From: Patescibacteria group bacterium
GTDB lineage: Bacteria; Patescibacteriota; Patescibacteriia; PEXW01
Length of the DNA stretch: 51,416 bases
Assembly: GCA_038065015.1 (NCBI GenBank)
Contig: JBBTRU010000001.1
Span: 1-51,416 of the forward strand
Direction of reading: 5' to 3'
In this document: positions 42,692-49,300 of the stretch, piece after piece
Numbering within the stretch: position 1 is the first letter of the stretch
Layout: each line of letters opens with the position of its first letter
Made by a program: the position numbers and the translations under genes
Notes under the pieces: model-generated
The model's database searches: none
What the model was told of the DNA's origin: nothing
The model's input: only the letters and a program-made list of their open reading frames with translations

Positions 42692-43549
42692 TTACTTCTG
42701 GCCAGTCCAGAAGTACAGCATAACGCTGAAATCAATAATATTCACGGTGGTGTCATGATTTATGTCTGCCCGGGCATTGGCAGGATTTTTTTGCAGCCAG
42801 TAGAAAAGCAGGATGCTGAAGTCAATAATATCCACATTCCCATCCTTGTTAATATCCGCATCAATGTACCCGGCATCCGGGTTCGTGATGCTCGCCACCG
42901 TAAATGCCACGCTGTTGCTGAACTCCGAAATGAGCCCTTCCGGGTCTTCGGCTTTGGACCGAGCCACGTGATCACCCGCCTTCAGGTCATCGGCAAAGAG
43001 CTGCTTGGTCCAGAGCCCGTCCGTGCCGGCTTTGGTGGTGTATTCCCGCTCGGTATCGGAAGCGACAAAAACGTGAACGTTGCTACTCGGGCTGGTAGCG
43101 CCAAACACCGTCACGGTTTCGCCAAAGGTGAGCGTCGTACGGTCGGCCACAATCGTCGGTCCCAAAAAAATCCCGGTTATCGTCACGGTCGTGCCGGTGG
43201 TAAGCGTTACCGTGAAGCTCGAAGTCGGGCTCTGGCGGCTCTGGCCATCCGTGGCAAAAATCCCAAAGGTGTACGTGCCGGCAGTCAGGCTCCCCACGGT
43301 AATATCAAAGCGCGCCTGCGGGTCGGCCGGTACTTGCACTGTGGTCACGCCGTCTTTTTGAATGGTGACGGTAGACGACGGGTAGGCTATACCTTTAAAA
43401 ATAACCGCGGTGGGCGGTGGTTCGGGCGGGATGGGACTCGGCACAGTTGCGGTTACCGAAATGTCTATGGCCTGCGCCGGCACCGCGGCAAGCAAAACAA
43501 AAATTGCCGCCAGGATTGCCAGTGTCCGGTACCAGCGGCCGGTACGCAT
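42692..43549 (-). CDS. Secreted Ig-like protein with C-terminal dockerin
   Basis: 285 aa. Signal peptide (LAILAAIFVLLAAVPAQA) and a beta-rich body. The C-terminal dockerin (DNA ~42707..42862) reads DADINKDGNVDIIDFSILLFYWLQKNPANARADINHDTTVNIIDFSVMLYFW. Confidence 0.75.
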   Translation of the reverse strand: MRTGRWYRTLAILAAIFVLLAAVPAQAIDISVTATVPSPIPPEPPPTAVIFKGIAYPSSTVTIQKDGVTTVQVPADPQARFDITVGSLTAGTYTFGIFATDGQSRQSPTSSFTVTLTTGTTVTITGIFLGPTIVADRTTLTFGETVTVFGATSPSSNVHVFVASDTEREYTTKAGTDGLWTKQLFADDLKAGDHVARSKAEDPEGLISEFSNSVAFTVASITNPDAGYIDADINKDGNVDIIDFSILLFYWLQKNPANARADINHDTTVNIIDFSVMLYFWTGQK

Positions 43550-43556
43550 GCACTTG

Positions 43557-44594
43557 CTAAACTATCCCCTTCGGCGGATTTTGGTTCTTCCCAGCCTGGG
43601 CTTTAGAAATAACCCACTTATTGTACCGCTTGATGAGGATGATGAGCAGCACCAGTAAAATGACGAAGCCTAGGCCCCACGCCAGCAGGACGTGCCAGGG
43701 GAACACCATAAACGTCGTGGTTGCCGTGGTCGCAACGCCGCCCGATTGTCCTGCGGTGAGCGCGAGGGTGGCCGTGTACTTGCCGAAGCCAAAGTTTGCC
43801 CGTTCGTTACTGTATTCTTCCCAGAACTTGGCCCAGGCATTACTGGCCGTTGCTAGTACTGTACCTTTCTCCCACGTTACATCGTAGCTGCGGGAAGACT
43901 TTGGCAAGGTCGAACGTTTCGTGGGGTTTACGGCAAGCGTAGCAGCGACTTTCTTGCCCATGCCCGTAATCGTCACGTTACCAGACGGTTTCAAGTGAAT
44001 GTTCCCAGTGTTCTGGTAGTCAATGGTAAAGCTCACCGGCATGCGGTTCGTCCGAGATACGGTAGTGAATGTGGAAATTGCGGCAGACTCCACAACATCA
44101 CCTTCAATACGTACCAGCAATAACGTACCAATGCCTTGCGTAATAGCAACTTGCGGCTTGTCTGTACCCGTGGTCGGCGGCTTGGAAGAGAAAGCAACAA
44201 TACCATAGTGCCCGCCCGGGGCGGCATCGGCCGGCACATTCACGGTGATGGTTACTTCTTTTCGCCCTTGCGGTTCCAGAATTATTGGTGCGGGATCCAG
44301 CTTTACCCAGGTGGCGATATCTTCTTTAGGTACTGTAAAATCATAAACCGGTATGCCTTCTTCCGACCCAGAAGTGAAGGTAGTGGCGTCTAAGAATAGC
44401 TCTTGCTTGGTCGCGCCTTCGTTGTAGAGCTTGACGACAAACTCGGCCTGGTTGCCAGGTTGAACGGTGAACTCGATGGAGGGCGGGCTAATGGTGAGCG
44501 CCTTTGCGGGCAACGCCCCGCTCAAGAGGCCAACAATGCCGAATGCAGCGGCGAGGATTCCAGAGAAAATGAATTTATTTTGCTTTCTAGCCAT
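43557..44594 (-). CDS. Cell-surface protein, DUF916/CscA-like architecture (signal peptide, beta-sandwich body, C-terminal TM + basic tail)
   Basis: 345 aa. LTISPPSIEFTVQPGNQAEFVVKLYNEGATKQ..WVKLDPAPIILEPQGRKEVTITVNVPADAAPGGHYGIVAFS. C-terminal TM (VLLAWGLGFVILLVLLIILI) then KRYNKW. The assignment rests on architecture and motif resemblance only. Confidence 0.4.
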   Translation of the reverse strand: MARKQNKFIFSGILAAAFGIVGLLSGALPAKALTISPPSIEFTVQPGNQAEFVVKLYNEGATKQELFLDATTFTSGSEEGIPVYDFTVPKEDIATWVKLDPAPIILEPQGRKEVTITVNVPADAAPGGHYGIVAFSSKPPTTGTDKPQVAITQGIGTLLLVRIEGDVVESAAISTFTTVSRTNRMPVSFTIDYQNTGNIHLKPSGNVTITGMGKKVAATLAVNPTKRSTLPKSSRSYDVTWEKGTVLATASNAWAKFWEEYSNERANFGFGKYTATLALTAGQSGGVATTATTTFMVFPWHVLLAWGLGFVILLVLLIILIKRYNKWVISKAQAGKNQNPPKGIV

Positions 44595-44728
44595 AGGTTT
44601 GTCTAGTCAAAACTACCCCCATACTATAGCACATTCTTGGTTGGTTCCCTATCGTGACGAAGGACAAATACCTGGAGTGCCCATTATGAGGCCTTCAGGC
44701 AATGTCCATAATATTCACGCCAAGTACG

Positions 44729-45880
44729 TTAAAAAGTACCGGTGGCGATGTAGGTAATTGTTGTAGTGTATGCACCAGCACCAGTCGACCCAACAATGTT
44801 TGCCAATGCGCTCACGGTTAATGTTTCCGTATTCGTAGCAACGGCTTCAGAAATGAGCGTGGTTGTCGTGCTGGCCACGTAATTGAAACTCGCGGTGGCA
44901 TCTCTTTCGTATCCACTTGTGGGAGTTGAATCACCGTCTGTGCTAACACTAATACCAAAGGTGGCGGTAGTACCGGGTGCGCCATCACTATCATTGGTTG
45001 TGCTGTTATTCGGAATCGTGCTTGGACCGCCTAGTGATGCACCATTGTAAGTCACGGCCCAACCAGACGCAGCGTTTGTCGCAACCGTCATTGTGTGGGC
45101 TGCATCAGGAATGGTCGTACCATTTGGGGCAGCAGATCCGGTTGTTCCAGTCGCCCAACGGGCATTTGCTGTGGTTAGTGTACCGAATCCAATTGTATTA
45201 TCATCAACGGTAAAAGTAATCGAGGGGTCAACTGTGGCCGTCACTGCAACCTGTTCATCAGTGATAATTGAGATTGAACCTGACCCGCTATCATCGGTTG
45301 CACCCAGTTCAGTGGTAATGTCCACATCATAGTTGCCGGCAGTACCGTTTGTTATTGTGCTGGTTGACCCACCCCCACCCGAGGTCGCACCATCACCGGC
45401 AATAAGTTTTACGCAACGGCCAGCGGTAACTTCGCCACTTGTTGCATCGGTCGGGGCCGTAAGGGTAATAGCCTGGCCCGTTACATCAACACCCCAGGTC
45501 GCAGCAGCTGCGGTCAGTGACAGGGTTTTATCCACGTAGGTTAATCCACCATTGAGACACGTACCGTTTGCAGTCGAAACCTCAAAGTCAAAGTTGACGG
45601 CAGCTTCGGCAGCCAAAACTACACCAGAATCAAAGGTGTAGGTAATCGTATCGGTAGATGCATCTACGCCAGTTGGAATCGTATGGTAAATGTTGACGCT
45701 CGTGGCAGCGATACTGGCCTTAACACGCTTTTGCTCCCATGAAATCTGCCCTAGGGTAGCGGCCTGTGCTGGATTAATAGGCGTAAGAAAAGCCAGCAAG
45801 GCAAATATTGCAACAACGGCTACGGCTTTGCGAGCCGGTCCATGCTTGGTCAGCAATGCGATGATGGTTTTCATAGCCAT
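44729..45880 (-). CDS. Secreted surface protein with WxL-like C-terminal domain
   Basis: 383 aa. Signal peptide (VAIFALLAFLTPINPAQA). The C-terminal ~170 aa (SITFTVDDNTIGFGTL..AASGWAVTYNGASL..GAYTTTITYIATGTF) is colinear with the C-terminus of ORF 46335..51416. GC and codon usage are lower than in neighbours. Confidence 0.45.
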   Translation of the reverse strand: MAMKTIIALLTKHGPARKAVAVVAIFALLAFLTPINPAQAATLGQISWEQKRVKASIAATSVNIYHTIPTGVDASTDTITYTFDSGVVLAAEAAVNFDFEVSTANGTCLNGGLTYVDKTLSLTAAAATWGVDVTGQAITLTAPTDATSGEVTAGRCVKLIAGDGATSGGGGSTSTITNGTAGNYDVDITTELGATDDSGSGSISIITDEQVAVTATVDPSITFTVDDNTIGFGTLTTANARWATGTTGSAAPNGTTIPDAAHTMTVATNAASGWAVTYNGASLGGPSTIPNNSTTNDSDGAPGTTATFGISVSTDGDSTPTSGYERDATASFNYVASTTTTLISEAVATNTETLTVSALANIVGSTGAGAYTTTITYIATGTF

Positions 45881-45918
45881 TCGGGGCTAAAGTAAGGGTT
45901 TTTATTACGACTGAAAAT

Positions 45919-45947
45919 AGTATAGCACGGATTACGAAAAAAGGCAA
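45919..45947 (-). promoter_or_regulatory. Candidate sigma70-type promoter of the 383-aa surface protein gene
   Basis: Minus strand: TTGCCT-tttttcgtaatccgtgc-TATACT, with a 17-nt spacer and a TGc extended -10. It lies 38 nt upstream of the ATG at 45880. Confidence 0.4.
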
Positions 45948-45954
45948 ACCTAGG

Positions 45955-46330
45955 CTACGCCCCTCTCTCGCCCTTCCTGCCCGCCATTGCTAACGCTCAG
46001 GCGTTGCAGGCGGGCGGGCACCTGGGCGCTCCCGATGGGTCGCACCCGCCTACGGCTCCCCCCAAGGTGGGAGAGTGATGAAAAGTGTTAACCCCCCCTC
46101 TCCCTCGGGAGAGGTACGGGTGAGGGGATGACGAGTGTGGCTCTGTCACACCTCCCCTTAGTCCCCTCCTTCGTAAGGAGGGGATAATTTCTAAGCATCC
46201 TCCCCTGCGAGTGGAGAGGATGTTCTAAGGTCTCCCTCTCCGCTTGGGGAGAGGGACCAAGGGAGAGGGGTTCAAAGAAAAATATCCCCTCCTCTCGGAG
46301 GAGGGGTGGCCAAAGGCCGGGGTGGTATTA
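45955..46330. repeat. Array of non-identical GC-rich hairpins (families 1-3), directly 3' of the giant gene stop
   Basis: cctgcccgcc..aacgc-tcag-gcgtt..ggcgggcggg (about 45977-46018). Family-3 unit at 46021-46075. cctctcc-ctcg-ggagagg (~46097-46114). cccctcctt-cgt-aaggagggg (46163-46183). catcctcccc-tgcgag-tggagaggatg (46196-46222). tccctctcc-gcttgg-ggagaggga (46233-46256). cccctcctc-tcg-gaggagggg (46286-46306). Confidence 0.75.
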
Positions 46331-46334
46331 TTTT

Positions 46335-49300
46335 CTAGAACGTCCCCGTGACAATGTACGTCACGGCGGTGCTGTACGCGCCAGGCAGCGTGGTTGCAGC
46401 AATGTTGCAAATGTAATACACGCTGGCCGTTTCGGTGGTGGGCGTGGCCGTGGCTTTAGAAAGCAGCGGCGTGGTTGTACTCGGTACAAACGAGTAGTTG
46501 TTGCTGGCTTGCTGGTTGGCCGACGGGATAGTGCCGCTGCCGTTTGTGGTAATCGCCAGGGCAAATTGCTTGCTGTTGGGCGTACCATCGGCATCGCCGG
46601 TGAACGTGGCCGCGGTAATCGTTTCTGGGCCGACCAGGTTAGCGCCATTGTAGCTAAGGGCGTAGCCTTCAAATGCGCTGGTGGTAATAGCTAGGGTGTG
46701 GGCGGCCACGGCGCTAGCCGAACCCGTTGCCCCGGCATTGGCCCAGGTGGCGGCCGTGGAAGAGAGCGTACCAAACCCGACTGCCACATCGTTAATAACA
46801 AAGGTGAGGGTGTGGATATTCCAGCAGTCGTTGCCGCCAATGTCGTGGCTCGTGCCGTCGCTGGCGTCAATGTCTGGAGCTTGGCCGCAGGCGTTAGAGT
46901 CTTTTACTTCTGTATACGTTACCGCCCGCGTACCCGCCACGTTCACATTCCACTGCGTGCCGCCGGTGGAACTGCGCAAAGCCACGCGCGTACCAGTGGC
47001 TTGGCCATTGAGGGTAAGATTTTGCAACGTGTACGTGCCACCGGCCAAGAAGCGCAGCTTGGTACTGGCCGTGCTGGCGTTAAAGGTGCTGGCTGTATCC
47101 AGTGCTGCAGCAAAGATGACGGACGGTGAAGTCACCGGATCCGATCCCGAAGCATTGGTAATGATGAGGTTGTTAAACCGGTCATTGGCGCCCGTGAGTT
47201 GGCCATCTACGGTCTGCTGGCTGCCGCCATCCAGCGTGACTGTGCCACTGCCGTCGGTGAAGTCGCCGTTGTTGGTCCAGTTACCCGCGACGTTGAATGC
47301 CGCCGTGGATGAAGCCTGCAGTGTCGTGCCAGCGCCAATCGTCACGGCGCCGTTGACGTCTATAATCCGATCGTTGGTTTCGTTATCAACTATCAAGGAC
47401 GTGCCGCCATTAGTGGTAGACAGCGTATTTGCCACAATGGTTTGGCCAGTACCCGTGGCATTGAACGTGATTGTGGGCGTGCCGGATGAGGCCGTGAACG
47501 TAAGGTTGTAGAACGTCCAGTTGGTACCCACGGCCACGTTGGTGCCAAAGCTCTTGCTGGCACTCACACTCTGCGTGAAAGTATTGGTGCCAGCACTGTT
47601 CATGGTAATGGTGCCGCAGGTGGTAAGGCACTGCACGTTGCCATTCACCGTGACATTGGCTGTGCCGGCAGCCGTATTAAACGTACCCGCAGTCATAATG
47701 AGGTCATTCGTTACCGTCAGGGTATTCGTCAGTGGCGACCACGCCCCGCCCGAACCGTTGAACGTAACGTTGTAAAAATTCGATGCGCCATTATTTATGG
47801 TGTGGCCCGTGTCGGTTGCCGTGAACGTGGCGGTGGAGGTGTCGTACGTAAAAGTGTTGCTGTTCAACCAGTTGCCCCCAACGCTGATGGCATTTGCGTC
47901 GGCGGTCCAAACGCCCACGTTTTCCACGTGGTTTGTGGTTACGTCAGCGCCACCGGCTGATGCCGGACGGAACGTATCGCCAGACGCAACGTAGAGCTCT
48001 TCCTGCGAAGACTGTACTTCTGTATCAACGGTGAGGTCGTTGCCCGCGCTGACTTCCCAGAAAACGTCGTCATCGCCGCTGGCAACCGAGTTGTCATATT
48101 GGCCAATGTCCGCATTGGTAAGCGTCTGGTCGTCCACGCTGCCAATGGTGAAGTGTTCTTTGAAAAGTGTCACGCCGGTTATATCGCCCGTGCCGTCATA
48201 CTTGGCCACTGCCCCGGCCCGGTCGGCCATGGTGGCCGCCGCGTCTATCCATATGGTTACAATCTGTCCAGAGGTTACCGACACGCCAGAGATATCCCAG
48301 GTGCCGGCAATGCTGGTATCTTCCTGGGCTTGGACAGACCCGTTGACCGCAACTTTCACAGTGCCAACGTCGGTGCAGTCCGTGCTTTGGTCATAGGCGT
48401 CGCACGTGCCAGAAATAGTTATACCGCAGGTGGCACCGGCGCTCACGCTCCAGTTGGTGTTGCCGCCGCCGGTTTCGGTGGAAAAAGTGGCACAGAACGC
48501 GGCACCGGTATTATTAGAATCCGATACCTGCACGTACGTGACCGCTGCCGCCGTGGGATTGATAGTCCACTGGGTTGGCGAGCTGGATGACTCGAGGGTA
48601 ATTTTCTTCCCCGAGAATCCAGTAATCGTCCACGTACCCGACACGGTCTGGGTGGTACTGGCAGTGAAGCGGAGGGTGCGGCCGGCCGCATTCGCCGACG
48701 TGGACGCGTTGAAATTATTGAAGGTTGTGCTGCCCGAAAGCAGTTGCGTCGAAGCATCGGCACCGTCGAAGGTGACGGTTCCGCTGCGGGCAGTGAACCC
48801 GCCAGAGTTTGCCCAGTTCCCGGCCACGTCAAGGTTGTAGTTTGAGCCCGACTTCGCGTCGAGGGTTGCGCTGGCGCCAATGGTCACGTTGCCGCCGACC
48901 CCATTTGAACCCGTCAGATCGCCCGAGAGGTCATAGGTTTCCGCGCCAGCCACCTCCAAATTGTTGTACGTCGTGGTGGCGACGTTCACATTCCCCCCGG
49001 AATTCGTTGCTGTGTATTTCACCGTGGAATTGCTATTGGGCGTAAGCGTACCAGTCACCGTGAATACAGTAGCCGTCGCTCCGGCCTTCGCCAGCATCAA
49101 TGTGTAGCCACTGCTCGCCAGGTCCAGGGTATCGCCAGTCTGAATGTCTGCACTATCCCCAGTCATACTGGATGCGAGTGTCACTTTATCATTAGCGCCC
49201 ACACCGCTGGTTTTGTTGAAGACGACGGTGCCAATATTCTGCGGAGTGCCGGTGCTATCGGTGTAGGTCGCGGCCGTGGTGCCATCGAAGGTCCAGGTGC

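Noticed and set aside
45955-46330. Possible CRISPR array in the repeat-rich gap between the two surface-protein genes.
   Set aside because: The hairpin units differ in sequence and length, are not separated by regular unique spacers, and no cas gene is present in the window. They are better described as REP-like hairpins.
44729-46850. Diversity-generating retroelement (template/variable repeat pair) acting on the shared C-terminal domain of the two surface proteins.
   Set aside because: No reverse transcriptase gene is in the window. The two domain copies differ throughout at DNA level (different GC3) rather than only at adenine-templated positions.
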